The notes under the pieces: generated by a model
The model's input: only the letters and a program-made list of their open reading frames with translations
The model's database searches: none
What the model was told of the DNA's origin: nothing
Made by a program: the position numbers and the translations under genes
Shown here: piece by piece, positions 1 through 11,200 of the stretch
Numbering within the stretch: the stretch's first letter is position 1
Layout: each line of letters starts with the position of its first letter
Assembly: GCA_964348665.1 (NCBI GenBank)
Contig: CAYGDP010000002.1
Location: 110,033-174,032, forward strand
Reading direction: 5' to 3'
Length of the DNA stretch: 64,000 bases
Source: an uncultured Verrucomicrobiota bacterium
Lineage (GTDB): Bacteria; Verrucomicrobiota; Verrucomicrobiia; Palsa-1439; CAYGDP01

Positions 1-486
1 GCATTTGAGTTTTTACGGGGAAAAGCGGGGAAGAAAGCGGCGGCGACGGAAGAGACGGGGCCGAATAATGAGGGGGTTTTTCTGGTGACAAAACAGATTG
101 TTGGGAAATTTCCAAACTACAAACAGGTTATCCCATCCGAGACCAAAGAGCGGGTGACAATTGAAAGAGAACAGCTTTTGGGTGCCGTTTCCCGGGCGGG
201 TTTACTGACAACAGAAAAAAACAACGCGGTAAAAATGACACTGGCAAAAAACCAGATCATCATCAGCGCAAACACGCCAGAAGTCGGAGAGGCGAAAGAA
301 ACACTAACAGTGAAATATGGAGGAAAAGAGTTTTCGATAGGATTCAACCCCGGATTTTTATTGGAAGCTTTGCGAGCTCTGGACACCGACGAGGTTTCAC
401 TGGAGTTGACGGATGAACTAAGCCCCGCGATTCTGAAGATCAACGGCCCGTTTCTCTATGTGGTGATGCCGATGCGGATGAACTAG
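1..486 (+). CDS. dnaN: DNA polymerase III beta sliding clamp, C-terminal part (5' end outside window)
   Basis: Reading frame is open from nt 1. The tail '...GKFPNYKQVIP...FNPGFLLEALRAL...YVVMPMRMN' matches the conserved DnaN C-terminus (E. coli '...GRFPDYRRVLP...YVVMPMRL'). Confidence 0.85.
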   Translation, partial: AFEFLRGKAGKKAAATEETGPNNEGVFLVTKQIVGKFPNYKQVIPSETKERVTIEREQLLGAVSRAGLLTTEKNNAVKMTLAKNQIIISANTPEVGEAKETLTVKYGGKEFSIGFNPGFLLEALRALDTDEVSLELTDELSPAILKINGPFLYVVMPMRMN

Positions 487-541
487 TGTGGGCCGGGAAG
501 GTCAAAAGAAGAGCGGCGAGAATACCGAAAGCCGCACACCC

Positions 542-2983
542 ATGAAGCGGCGGATAAAAACAATCGGATGGATCGTCTTGGCGTTGCTTATTTTGGGAGG
601 AATTGGGGTTTGGATTCTGCTCACCCGGCTGCCGTCAATCACGGCGCAAAAACTGTCGAAAAAACTGAATGGAGCAGTGGTCACAGTAAGCACTGCAACG
701 ATTCACACAGGAAGACTGGAGCTTAACGACGTTCGCATCCACCTCCCTGACGAACCCGAGGGGGTGCGGATAAAAAAAATGACATTGGAAGGGAGCATGA
801 CGCAGCTCTATCGGGGAGAACCAGAGCGGGTGAAATTAGATCGCCCGCGAATCAGAGTAAAAGTAGAAGAAGACGGACAATGGAACCTGCAGCGGCTATT
901 CAAGAACGGAGAATCGGGAAAGGGAAAAACATTTCCCGCGATAGCGATGGCCAGCGGAGAAATAAAGCTCGGCAAAAACCCCTGGGAGGTTGAATCGGCC
1001 CCAATCCAAATAGAGACAGCAGAAGTGGAAATGAGGGAGGGAAAATTGGGGGAGATCAAGATTCAGGGAGAAATCAAAAGGGCAACAATCCGGGGGCGGA
1101 AGATCGATGGGGTGCAGATTAGAATGGACACAAAGGGGCGGAAAATCGCAGGCACAGTAAGCGGGGGGATCGAAGGGGGAATGGCGCGCGTGGATTTTTT
1201 GATTGATCCTGAAGCAAAACGAGGAAAGGTGGAAGGCAGGGCAGAAAATATTTCGTTGGAAGGGATAAAGAGCGGCACAGAAACAATGGAGGAAAAAGAG
1301 AAAAGAGCAGGCAGGGTCAATGGCAAAGTGTCGGTGGAAATTAAAAGTGAATTGGATTGGGGAACAGACACAATCAAGATGGACGGCAGTGTTACACTCG
1401 CCAGCCAGGAAGGAATTGAAAGGAGGGAAAGCAGCTTGGAGACCGGTGCAATTACCGCGGAGATTCCATTCACAGTGGAGGGAAAAACCAACGGTGGGGA
1501 AACGGAACTGAAATTAGGGGAGATCACCGCCATGGCCGCGTCACTCAAACTCGGCTGGCCAGTGGAATTTAAAAAGACCATCGTAAAAGGGAGATGGGAC
1601 GGGAAAACAGTCGTGGCGACTCTGCAAACCGAAGTCTTGCCGACAGGACAAATCGAACTGTCAATTCAAGGGCCGCTCTGGCCGGAGCCGAAACTTTCCT
1701 TTGAGGCGGAATTGAAAGAAACAGACCTGGCAAGGGCAGATTCACTCGTTACCGACACAGCGCTGCGCGGCTCGCTGACGGCGACCACAGCGGGCAAGGC
1801 TACGTGGACATGGGAAGAAGGGAAACGATTTTCGATCAATCGGGATGAGCCGCTTCAGTGGGTTGCCACCGGAGAGCTAAAGATAGCACGGGGCGGATTT
1901 TCCACGAAATATGAGGGGGGAGTAGAGGCAGAAGCAATAGACGGACAAATTTCATTTTCGATGGAGGGCATCAACAATCGCGCAAAAAGCCTGCGCCTCG
2001 CAGAGAATCGGCCTGTCAGCCTGAAGATCGGCGCCGCTCGGGTGGGGGGGAAAGAAATTTTGGCCGGGTTGAATATCACAAACGCGAGCGGGGAGTTTCC
2101 GATGCGAGGCGAAGAAAAACTGGAGAGAGCGACGATGAGTGCCGGGTTAAGCGCTGACAGGCTTATCATCGCCGACACAATAGCCACCGGGATTCGCGCG
2201 CCGAAAATCGAGCTAAACGAAGGCGAGTTGAAGTTTGGAGAAACCACCATTGAGATGATATCTATTGGCAAAGACACGAGTGGGGAAAAAATCCAAATCA
2301 AGGAATTGGCGGCCACGCGTGACGGAGAAGGGACATGGCAATCGACTGCAAAAGGATCTGCGCTAACCTCGCTCGGCAGCATCCAGTACGGCAAACTCCG
2401 GCTGTACGAAGTGACGGCGAAACTGGCCGTGGCGAGCGGGGTGCTTCGGGCGAGCGACCTTCGCGCCAAGGGATTCGGCGCGGCCTTCGATGGCGAGGCG
2501 ACGGTGAACTTTTTGGGTGAACCGGTCGTCGAATTGCGGGGAAGCGTGGATAACTTGAATTTGCACCGTTTTATGCAGAAGGAAAAGATTGAGGCATTTG
2601 ACGTGGATGGGCCGCTCCAAGGGACGGTGCGGTTAAAGTTGCACGGAGTTGATTGGGAGGATTTGCACGAAGACAACCTTGAGGTGCATCTCTCTGCCAC
2701 CAAGGCAGGGCAGCTTTATTTTGCCGAGAACGATTGGATCCGCGATTTAAAGAAAAAACAGCCCGCAATGGAAAAGTTACTGCTTGAGGGCGGTAATCAA
2801 ATCGCGTATGAAACCGCTGAAATCTCGCTCCGTCGGCAAGCCCAAGATCTCACCGGCGAATTTTCATTTCGAGGGCCCAAAGTGGCGCTCACCATCCCGT
2901 TGACGTATCAGGGCGGGACACTCGAAAAGTTGGTGAACCGGTTGAAAAGCCTCTCGGGCGCGAAAATCAAAGGAGAATTCTAA
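542..2983 (+). CDS. large envelope protein with N-terminal TM anchor, AsmA/TamB-like (tentative)
   Basis: Long ORF (an alternative GTG start lies at 488). N-terminal 'MKRRIKTIGWIVLALLILGGIGVWILL' TM helix, then a long repetitive beta-rich region. The family assignment is by architecture only. Confidence 0.5.
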   Translation: MKRRIKTIGWIVLALLILGGIGVWILLTRLPSITAQKLSKKLNGAVVTVSTATIHTGRLELNDVRIHLPDEPEGVRIKKMTLEGSMTQLYRGEPERVKLDRPRIRVKVEEDGQWNLQRLFKNGESGKGKTFPAIAMASGEIKLGKNPWEVESAPIQIETAEVEMREGKLGEIKIQGEIKRATIRGRKIDGVQIRMDTKGRKIAGTVSGGIEGGMARVDFLIDPEAKRGKVEGRAENISLEGIKSGTETMEEKEKRAGRVNGKVSVEIKSELDWGTDTIKMDGSVTLASQEGIERRESSLETGAITAEIPFTVEGKTNGGETELKLGEITAMAASLKLGWPVEFKKTIVKGRWDGKTVVATLQTEVLPTGQIELSIQGPLWPEPKLSFEAELKETDLARADSLVTDTALRGSLTATTAGKATWTWEEGKRFSINRDEPLQWVATGELKIARGGFSTKYEGGVEAEAIDGQISFSMEGINNRAKSLRLAENRPVSLKIGAARVGGKEILAGLNITNASGEFPMRGEEKLERATMSAGLSADRLIIADTIATGIRAPKIELNEGELKFGETTIEMISIGKDTSGEKIQIKELAATRDGEGTWQSTAKGSALTSLGSIQYGKLRLYEVTAKLAVASGVLRASDLRAKGFGAAFDGEATVNFLGEPVVELRGSVDNLNLHRFMQKEKIEAFDVDGPLQGTVRLKLHGVDWEDLHEDNLEVHLSATKAGQLYFAENDWIRDLKKKQPAMEKLLLEGGNQIAYETAEISLRRQAQDLTGEFSFRGPKVALTIPLTYQGGTLEKLVNRLKSLSGAKIKGEF

Positions 2984-2985
2984 TC

Positions 2986-3534
2986 ATGCATGCCAAAATC
3001 ATCTGCCTCGCCATTTTTGCGGCGGGCTGCGCCACCGTGACCGTCAAACAAGAAAAACCGATCGAAATCAAGGTGCGCGTGGACATTTACGAACACGCCG
3101 AGCAAGTGGTGGACGACCTGACGACTCCCCTCCCGAAAGGCAGCAAACCCAAGGGCGAGCACCAGCCGCAGCCCGGTCGGGAATCGGTCTTTGTGGCGAC
3201 ATCAGGCGGAGCAGAACGATCGCTGGACGAAATCAAGAACGCGATCCGCGGTCGATCAGCGAAAGTTCGGTCGCTCAAGACCAGCGGGGGGATCGGAGAG
3301 GACAGCCGCGGGTATCTCAAGCAGATGATCCACTTCGATTCCAAACAAAAAGAGGCGGAGTTAAGCGGGATTGTCGAGTCGGAAAACAATGACCGCCGGG
3401 CGCTCTATGAGAAGGAAGCAGCGACGCAGAAAAAAACTCTCGCGGAGATTGAGAGCGCCTTTGCGGCCGCCTGGCAGAAAAAGGCGGAAACAGGCGACTG
3501 GGTCGAGGAAAATGGAAAGTGGAAGAAAAAATAG
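2986..3534 (+). CDS. lipoprotein, function unknown
   Basis: Signal peptide with lipobox 'LAIFAAGCAT', K/E-rich, 182 aa. Follows the upstream gene directly. Confidence 0.6.
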   Translation: MHAKIICLAIFAAGCATVTVKQEKPIEIKVRVDIYEHAEQVVDDLTTPLPKGSKPKGEHQPQPGRESVFVATSGGAERSLDEIKNAIRGRSAKVRSLKTSGGIGEDSRGYLKQMIHFDSKQKEAELSGIVESENNDRRALYEKEAATQKKTLAEIESAFAAAWQKKAETGDWVEENGKWKKK

Positions 3535-3586
3535 GGGGGCGTCCAAGGAAATTCATTCAAAACGATCAGTGAACGCAAAAAATTCA

Positions 3587-4285
3587 ATGCTGGGGTTAGT
3601 TGTTGCCGTTGGTCTCTCCGCGACTGCGGGAGAAACGCCGCCCAACTCACTTTCACCGGAAGAAAAAACCGGTGGATGGCGATTGCTGTTTGACGGCCAG
3701 TCGCTCCAAGGCTGGCGACCCTTCGGTAAGCCCAGCGGCGCGCCGATTGCCAAGGGCTGGAAGGTGGAGGAGGGCGCGCTCCAGAAACTCGCCGGGCAGA
3801 AAGGCGGCGACATCGTGACCGATTCGACCTACGAGAATTACGAGTTCGCGTGGGAATGGCGGGTGGCAAAGGGTGCCAATAACGGTGTGAAATATCTGGT
3901 CATGGAATCCCGGCCGCAGGCGCCAGGACACGAGTACCAGATGATTGACGATGACGCGTTTTCCAAACTTAACGCAAAGAACAAAACAGGCGCGTTCTAT
4001 GATGTGTTGCCCCCAATCGCCGCCAAGCCTTTGCCCGCTGGGGAATGGAATGTCTCTCGAATTGTGGTGCAAGGAAATCGAGTCGAACATTGGCTCAATG
4101 GCACGAAAGTCCTCGAATACGAACTGGGCAGTGAATCGCTCAAGAGCGCGCTGGCGAACAGCAAGTTCAAGAAATATTCCGACTTCGGCACAAAGATCCG
4201 CGGCAACATCTTGCTGACCGATCACAACGACGAAGCGTGGTTTCGGAATCTCAAGATTCGTGAACTGACCGGCCCGAAACCATGA
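3587..4285 (+). CDS. DUF1080 (3-keto-disaccharide hydrolase-like) domain protein, secreted
   Basis: ATG at 3587 gives a signal peptide 'MLGLVVAVGLSATAG' (the ORF track's upstream start at 3371 overlaps the preceding gene). 'GWRLLFDGQSLQGWRPFG...GWKVEEGAL...NILLTDHNDEAWFRNLKIREL' fits the DUF1080 pattern. Confidence 0.75.
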   Translation: MLGLVVAVGLSATAGETPPNSLSPEEKTGGWRLLFDGQSLQGWRPFGKPSGAPIAKGWKVEEGALQKLAGQKGGDIVTDSTYENYEFAWEWRVAKGANNGVKYLVMESRPQAPGHEYQMIDDDAFSKLNAKNKTGAFYDVLPPIAAKPLPAGEWNVSRIVVQGNRVEHWLNGTKVLEYELGSESLKSALANSKFKKYSDFGTKIRGNILLTDHNDEAWFRNLKIRELTGPKP

Positions 4286-4309
4286 GAACGGTGGCGCGAG
4301 AGCAACGGT

Positions 4310-5962
4310 TTACTGGGCGGTAATGGCGAGATGTTCATAGGCAGCCAGCGCAGCTTCATAGTCGCGAATAGCTTCAGGCGACAGCAACGACTTGCTCCGT
4401 TCCAATTCCTTACGGACGCTGGAGATAAACCAGTCGATTTCCTGTTTCTTTGGGCGGAGCGGTTTGTCGGCGACTTCGACCCACCACGGCGCCGTATGGG
4501 CAAACCGGAATCGTTCCCCATCGCGGGGCTCGAAACATCGCAACGCTATCCACGACGAACCGTCGCACGTCCAGTCGCTTGACACGGCCGCCTCATACGC
4601 GCCGCTCTTGGTTTGTTTCGGTTTCAGCGCGACCGTCTTGACCACGTCGCCATTGACGACAATCTCGACCTCGGAAACCGGCCGTTCGCTGACCACCGCG
4701 CCTTTGATGGCAAGCTTTACCGGCTTACCGCGCTTCGACGAGAACTGTTTTCCAGGAAGATCGTTGTTTATTGTTACCAACAGCATCGGACCAGTCGTGA
4801 CAAAACTGCGCCCTGCTTTGAGTCCCCTTATCCATTCGTCGTAGTCGAATCGTTTCCCCGTGTGGACATAGACCCTGCCAAAACCGAGCGGGACAGGATG
4901 CACCCCGTTGGCGGTGCCCGCGGCGGGACTGATGCGAAACCCCGAATTGAGCAGAGCGTAGTAAGTCTGAAAGCCGAACAGCGTCCACTCGCGCTCCGTA
5001 TTCCCACCCGTGCCAATTTTCATCCACGCGGGAGCCGATTCCGCCCAATTCCGGACGGAAAACTCGGTGGCCCAGTGGTGATTATTCGCCAGCTCGAATA
5101 AATCCGGTTTCACCAACGGGACCAACGCCAGTGACCACGGCCAATTATGTTTTTCGAGGTCCAGCAACGCGCCTTCGCTGCGCGCAAGCGCGGCGATTTT
5201 TGTCACGGGCAACGCGGGCAGATCAAATACGGTGCGGTGATTGACCGCCAACAACGCGCCAAGCGTGTGTTGTTTCTTGGCAGTCGTGAAGATCTCATAC
5301 TCGGTGTTGCGCGGCCAAATGACATGCGAATCGTCAACACGCGTCAATTCCGCATCAAATTTGCCCTTGAAGTTTTGCGGGCTTTTGCTGGGCGGAACGG
5401 AATCGGAGGTCGTCCAATACACCATCGGCAACGCCACATTCAAATCTTCCGCCAGCATCACGTTCAGCAGTTCGCGCGGGTCGCGATGATTGTGGGTGTC
5501 GCCGCTAAACCATCCGCGCGCGGCCATATCCACCCACCGCGCCAACGCAAGCTTGATTTGAATCGGCTCGTTGCCGACTGTTACACGCTGGGTCAGCGGC
5601 AGATATTCCTTGCCGCGCTCGACGGTGAATGTGTAGTTGCCTGGCTCCAGCTCGACGCGGAACGGATGCGCGGAGAGCGTGGTGTGCATTTCCACCGCGT
5701 TTTTGTTTGCCCAGTTTTGTTTTTCGTAACGGATCGCCGACCCGTCCGCCGCTTGGGACACAGGGAAAAACCATTTCCCCACGTCATTCTGAATGTAAAT
5801 CCGCGCGGCGACAGGCTTCTGCGTCGCGGCATCCACGATTTCGCCTGTCAACGGGACCGCGCCAAGTGCGGGAAGCGCCAACCCCAAAATTCCTAGCACC
5901 AGATAAATCCAAGGCTGTGAACAAGAAACACGCAGCGGAGACTGCCAATTCATACAAGACAA
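4310..5962 (-). CDS. PHP-like metallohydrolase (CehA/McbA-family-like) with N-terminal signal
   Basis: 550-aa ORF with a hydrophobic N-terminus and a 'WFSGDTHNHRD' metal-binding motif typical of PHP/CehA-type hydrolases. Confidence 0.5.
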   Translation of the reverse strand: MSCMNWQSPLRVSCSQPWIYLVLGILGLALPALGAVPLTGEIVDAATQKPVAARIYIQNDVGKWFFPVSQAADGSAIRYEKQNWANKNAVEMHTTLSAHPFRVELEPGNYTFTVERGKEYLPLTQRVTVGNEPIQIKLALARWVDMAARGWFSGDTHNHRDPRELLNVMLAEDLNVALPMVYWTTSDSVPPSKSPQNFKGKFDAELTRVDDSHVIWPRNTEYEIFTTAKKQHTLGALLAVNHRTVFDLPALPVTKIAALARSEGALLDLEKHNWPWSLALVPLVKPDLFELANNHHWATEFSVRNWAESAPAWMKIGTGGNTEREWTLFGFQTYYALLNSGFRISPAAGTANGVHPVPLGFGRVYVHTGKRFDYDEWIRGLKAGRSFVTTGPMLLVTINNDLPGKQFSSKRGKPVKLAIKGAVVSERPVSEVEIVVNGDVVKTVALKPKQTKSGAYEAAVSSDWTCDGSSWIALRCFEPRDGERFRFAHTAPWWVEVADKPLRPKKQEIDWFISSVRKELERSKSLLSPEAIRDYEAALAAYEHLAITAQ

Positions 5963-5996
5963 TATCCTATCGATTTACCCCTCCAATGACAAACAG

Positions 5997-6836
5997 CTAA
6001 TCCTTCGCGCCATACTGACGAAGCAGATTGGCGATCTCAATTCGTTTGATATCAGATTGCGCGTACTCGTTTGCAATGGATAAAACCGATCGGCCTCCTT
6101 TGAGCCTGGCATTCACGTTCGCGCCCTTGGCAATGAGCACGTTAACGATCTTTTTGTGGCCGAGCGTTACGGCAACGAAAAGCGGCGTTGAGCCGTCATG
6201 ATCGGCTGTTTCGATGTTGGCATCGGAAGCCAATAGCAACTCAACGACCTCTTTCTTGCCCACCATGGTCGCCCAGTAGAGGGGTGTGCGGCTGCCGGCA
6301 TCTTTCACGTTTACGTCCGCCTTGTGACTCAGTAGGAACCGGATAGCTTCTTTGTGACCGCCCACCGCCGCTCGATGAAGGGGAGAAAACGCATTTTTTT
6401 GTCCCTTCGGGTTTTGCACGGCCTCGGCATCAAGGATGTGCTTGATGATTTTTTCGTTGCCGCCAATGGCCGCCATCATTACGGGTGTGACGTCGCCAAG
6501 CCATACATCTGCGCCGCGTTCCAAGAACGCCTTCACAATCGTTTCGCCATTTGCGGTGATAGCGCTGACCAGCGGCGATTGTCCCCAGCGATTCTGTTCG
6601 TTGACGGCCGCGCCATTTGCCAACAACAGACTCACGACCGGCCTGGCGTTTTTGAGCGCCGCCCAATGAAGCGGCGTATTACCGTTGGGGTCTTTGGCAT
6701 TTACCAGGGCGGGATTTGCCGCAAGCAAGTTCTCCACTTTCTCCTTGTTTCCTCGCATGGCAGCGTCATGAATCTCGTCCCCGAAAGCAATCGCACCCAG
6801 CGCAGTAGCCAAGAGGACGGAGATAACCCTTTTCAT
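5997..6836 (-). CDS. secreted ankyrin-repeat protein
   Basis: Signal peptide 'MKRVISVLLATALGAIA', followed by at least seven ankyrin repeats ('GNTPLHWAALKN...', 'GQSPLVSAI...', 'SPLHRAAVGGHKEAIRFLL...'). Confidence 0.85.
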   Translation of the reverse strand: MKRVISVLLATALGAIAFGDEIHDAAMRGNKEKVENLLAANPALVNAKDPNGNTPLHWAALKNARPVVSLLLANGAAVNEQNRWGQSPLVSAITANGETIVKAFLERGADVWLGDVTPVMMAAIGGNEKIIKHILDAEAVQNPKGQKNAFSPLHRAAVGGHKEAIRFLLSHKADVNVKDAGSRTPLYWATMVGKKEVVELLLASDANIETADHDGSTPLFVAVTLGHKKIVNVLIAKGANVNARLKGGRSVLSIANEYAQSDIKRIEIANLLRQYGAKD

Positions 6837-6839
6837 TTC

Positions 6840-8279
6840 TCACGCCAAAATCGGTTTCACTACTTTCCCATGCACGTCTGTGAGGCGGAAATCGCGGCCT
6901 TGGTAGCGGTAGGTTAGCTTTTCGTGGTCAATGCCGGAGAGATGGAGCATCGTGGCGTGGAGATCGTGGACGGGGACGATGTCTTTAACAGCGCGGTAGC
7001 CGAGTTCATCGGTCTCGCCGTAGGTGACGCCGCCTTTGACGCCGCCGCCTGCCAGCCAGATTGAGAAACTTAAGATGTGATGGTCGCGTCCATCGCCTTG
7101 TGCCATCGGCGTACGCCCGAATTCCCCGCCCCAAATGATCAGCGTGTCATCAAGCATCCCGCGTTGTTTTAAGTCTTTGACCAGCGCCGCACAAGGTTGG
7201 TCCACATCGGCGGCGGCGCTTTTCATGCCGCCCTTGATTCCGCCGTGATGATCCCATGCTCGATGATACAACTGAATGAACCGCACCCCGCGTTCGGCGA
7301 GCCGCCGCGCCATTAAACAATTATTGGCAAAACTGCCGTCGCCGACTTTCTTGATCCCGTAAAGGTCGAGAACATTCTGCGGCTCTTTTTTAAAATCGGT
7401 TAGATCAGGCACGCTGGTCTGCATCTTGAACGCCAGCTCGTACTGGCTGATCCTTGTCTGGATTTCGGGGTCCACGCGTTCTTCCGCAAGCAGGCCGTTC
7501 AGTCGTTGCACTTCCTCGACAACCTGCCGCTGTGTGCTTTGGCAAACGCCTGCGGGATTGCCGATGTAATGGACGGGGTCACCCTTCGACTGAAACTGGA
7601 TGCCCGCGAATCGGCTCGGCAGAAATCCGCTCGACCATTGCCGCGCCGAAACGGGTTGCTGGCCTTGTTTGCCTTGTGTGACCATTACGACGAACCCCGG
7701 CAATTCCTCTGTTTCCGCCCCCAGCCCGTAGAGCCACCACGAACCCATGCTTGGCCGTCCCTTGATCGCTGTGCCGCTGTTCATAAACGCGTGCGCGGGA
7801 TCGTGATTGATTTGTTCGGTCTGCATCGAGCGGATGATGGCGATATCGTCGGCAATCGTGGCGATGTTCGGAAAGTAATCGGAAATCTCCTGTCCTGACT
7901 TGCCATATTTCTGGAACGCGGTCTGCGCGCCATAGGCTTTCAGCGTCATGTTTTGCAGTTGCGCGAGCTGCTGGCCTTTGGTGAACGAGTCGGGGAACGG
8001 TTTGCCGTGGATTTTTTGCAACTCGGGTTTGGAATCGAACGATTCGAACTGGGACGGCCCACCCGCCATGCAAAGATGAATCACCCGCTTGGCTTTCGGC
8101 GCGAAATGCAACGGGTTGACAACGCCGCGCCACCCCGCTTTGCGTGACTCTGCCGCGAACAGATCGCGGCTCAACAACGAGCCGAGTGCGATCCCGCCAA
8201 GGCCGAATGCCGCGCGACCGAGAAAGGTGCGGCGATTGATGTCGAGAGCGTAATCGGGGCAATGACATTGGGGTTTCAT
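6840..8279 (-). CDS. DUF1501 (sulfatase-like) protein with Tat signal
   Basis: 'RRTFLGRAAFGLGG' twin-arginine signal. Lies directly next to a PSCyt/DUF1549/DUF1553 gene, the usual Planctomycetota pairing. Confidence 0.8.
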   Translation of the reverse strand: MKPQCHCPDYALDINRRTFLGRAAFGLGGIALGSLLSRDLFAAESRKAGWRGVVNPLHFAPKAKRVIHLCMAGGPSQFESFDSKPELQKIHGKPFPDSFTKGQQLAQLQNMTLKAYGAQTAFQKYGKSGQEISDYFPNIATIADDIAIIRSMQTEQINHDPAHAFMNSGTAIKGRPSMGSWWLYGLGAETEELPGFVVMVTQGKQGQQPVSARQWSSGFLPSRFAGIQFQSKGDPVHYIGNPAGVCQSTQRQVVEEVQRLNGLLAEERVDPEIQTRISQYELAFKMQTSVPDLTDFKKEPQNVLDLYGIKKVGDGSFANNCLMARRLAERGVRFIQLYHRAWDHHGGIKGGMKSAAADVDQPCAALVKDLKQRGMLDDTLIIWGGEFGRTPMAQGDGRDHHILSFSIWLAGGGVKGGVTYGETDELGYRAVKDIVPVHDLHATMLHLSGIDHEKLTYRYQGRDFRLTDVHGKVVKPILA

Positions 8280-8280
8280 C

Positions 8281-11200
8281 TTAGTATTTGGTAATTGTCT
8301 CGTGCAGATTTAAAACCACCCGGCATACCTGTGTCCAAGCGGACAGCTCGGCAACGTCGGTATTTTCGCCCACCAGCTTGGGCAGGGGCGCCAATCCAAC
8401 ACCTAGCAATTGGTCGGCGTCATCCGGCGTGGCCTTGTAATAAGACCGTTGCTCGGCCAGAAATTTCAGCAGCGAATCGCGCTCTTTCGGTTTGACGGGT
8501 CGCAGAAGCGCGCGCTGGTAGATCCAATCCAAACGATCCGAATCGGACTTCACTTTCGCGGCGAGCGCGTTGGCGGCGAAGACGCGCGAAGCTTCGACGA
8601 ACGTCGGGTCGTTGAGCAGCGTGAGCGCCTGCTGCGGCGTGTTGGAGACGAACCGGAACGCCTGACATTCTTCGCGTCCCGGCGCATCGAAGTTGGCCAG
8701 CATCGGTTGCAAAAACGTCCGTTGCCACCATACATACACGCCGCGCCGATATTGCCGTTCGTCCTTGTCCGGCTGATACTCGCGGTCGGGGAACTGCAAG
8801 GCCTCATAATATTTCGGCGGCTGATACGGGCGGGCGCTCGGTCCGCCGATTTCGAGATTGATAAGCCCCGCGATGGCCAGCGCGTTGTCACGCACCGCCT
8901 CGGCTTCCAACCGGCGCGGGTTTTGCGAGGCGAGCAGGCGATTATTGGGGTCAAGGTCGCGCAATTCCGGCCGCAGATTTGCGCTCTGGCGATAGGTCGC
9001 CGACAGGACGATGATTTTGACGACCCGTTTTACATTCCAACCGCTGTCGCGAAACTCGACAGCGAGCCAGTCGAGCAGTTCGGGATGCGATGGCGGGTCG
9101 CCTTGCAAGCCGAGGTCGTCCACAACCCCGGAAAGCCCAGCGCCGAAAAATTGTTTCCAGAGCCGATTCGCGAACGCGCGAGCCGGGAGCGGGTTTTCTT
9201 TCGAGACAAGCCACTTTACCAAATCCAATCTTGTCGGGCGACCACTGTCGGCGGGCTTGGGCGGTTGCGGTAGAAAACCCGGCGGCGCTGGCTCGACCAA
9301 CTCACCGCTTTCATCCTGCCAATTGCCTCGGGGCAACACACGCGTCGGCTTAGGTTTCACGGCGACTGTAACCATTGTCATGGCGCGTCCCCCGCGACAC
9401 TCGGCCAATTCGATTTGGAGCCGGTGCAGTTCCTCGCGCACATTGGGATCGTAGTCTGTGTTCAGGACGTACGTTTGATGGATCAGGGCTAGTTGTGCAG
9501 CGGTCGGTCTTTTTGAGTTCAGAGCATCCATCAACGGCTTGCCGATGCCCGCGTCGAACAAGATTGGAGCAGCGAAGGGCGTGGCCGAGACGCGCACGCG
9601 GCCAAGCGTCTTCGAGCCGAGCAAAATCGTCAGCGTCTCGCCATCCGCGACGCGGACAGGGTTTTTGAGCAACCAAACGGCGGTCTGCGGTTTTTTCCAA
9701 TCAGCTGTCGAGGTCATCCAGGATTGAGTCACGCCAAGGATAGCCGAGCCGTTAAAATATCGTTCGTTTTTGTGGTCGGCTTCGCCGAAGAAAAACGAAA
9801 GCCGACGGGGCTGTTTTCCTGGTCTGGTGATGGTTGCAACAGGGGTGATGGTGGTAGTTTTGGCGCTGTCGCGCAGCGCGCCGCCCTTGTGCGTTTCGTC
9901 CGGGATCAATTCTACGCGAATTGCCGAGAGCCAGCCTCCGGCGAGCGGGAACTGAAATTCAGTCGTCTCGTCCGCGCCGCCCGAGAAGAGAATCGATCCA
10001 TCTCCCTGCAGGACGGCCTGTGCTTTGGCTTGTTTGGCGGCATCAGATAGTTTCGCGGAAGCCGCAGGTTGCCAGCCGGCCGGATATTTATGGAGGAACG
10101 CGAGGCTTTCGGTTTTCCATGCGTCGAAATCAGCGGCGGACGCCTCGTCCGTCGCAAGACCGGGGGATTCCCGCGAGGCGCGCGAATCGGCACGCGAGGG
10201 CGTGTGCGTTCCCATTTTCGCCAGCGATACGGTCGCCTTTACGGCGATGTCACGTGCTTCCTCTTGAATACGCCGGGTGCGTCGTTGGAGCGACGTCGAT
10301 TCGACCGAAATTTCTGGCGGGAACGGGTGATCATTGGACCAGCCCCGCAGGTCGGGGTTCGGAGTATAATTGTAGTCTTGATAGACGCCCCATTCCCGGA
10401 GATCGGCGAAGAAAGCTTTCATCGCGTAGAAATCACGCGTCGAGAACGGATCAAACTTGTGGTCGTGACATTCACAACAGCCCATTGTCGAGCCGAGCCA
10501 CGCGGTCGCAATAGTACGTACCCGGTCGGCGCCGTATTTGGCCAGATACTCTGCCGGCTGCGCGCCTCCTTCACGGGTCATCATATTCAAGCGATTGAAC
10601 CCTGTCGCGATGCGCTGTTCTTGCGTTGGGTTGGGCAGTAAATCGCCGGCGATTTGTTCCAGAGTGAATTGATCGAAAGGTTTGTTGGCATTGAACGAAT
10701 CAATCACATAATCGCGATACGGGAAAATATTCTGGCCTTGATCGCCGTGGTACCCGACCGTATCAGCGTACCGCACGAGATCGAGCCAGCCTGCCGCCAT
10801 GACCTCGCCGAAATGGGGAGAAGCAAGCAACCGATCCACAGCGCGCTCGTAGGATTTATCACTTCGGTCGCGCAGGAACGCGTCCATTTCCTCCGGGGTC
10901 GGCGGCAGGCCGATCAAGTCGAGCGAAAGGCGGCGCAACAACATGCGCTTGTCAGCTTCGGGCGATGGTTTGATTCCACGCGCATCCAACGACGCGAGAA
11001 TAAAATGATCGATCGGGCTTTTTATTTTGGACTTTTGGCCTTGGACTTTCGGCAATGGAGGACGAACAAGCTTCGTGTACGCCCAATGCGGTTCATACTC
11101 CGCGCCTTGATCAATCCATTTGCCGATGATTTCAATCTGTTGCGGAGTGAGCGATTTGTTGCTTTCCGCCGGTGGCATGTGATCGTCGGGGTCGGACGTC

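Noticed and set aside
3371-3586. ORF-track start at 3371 for the DUF1080 gene (Arg/Lys-rich 72-aa extension overlapping the upstream gene)
   Set aside because: Extension is low-complexity and overlaps the lipoprotein gene. ATG at 3587 gives a clean signal peptide.
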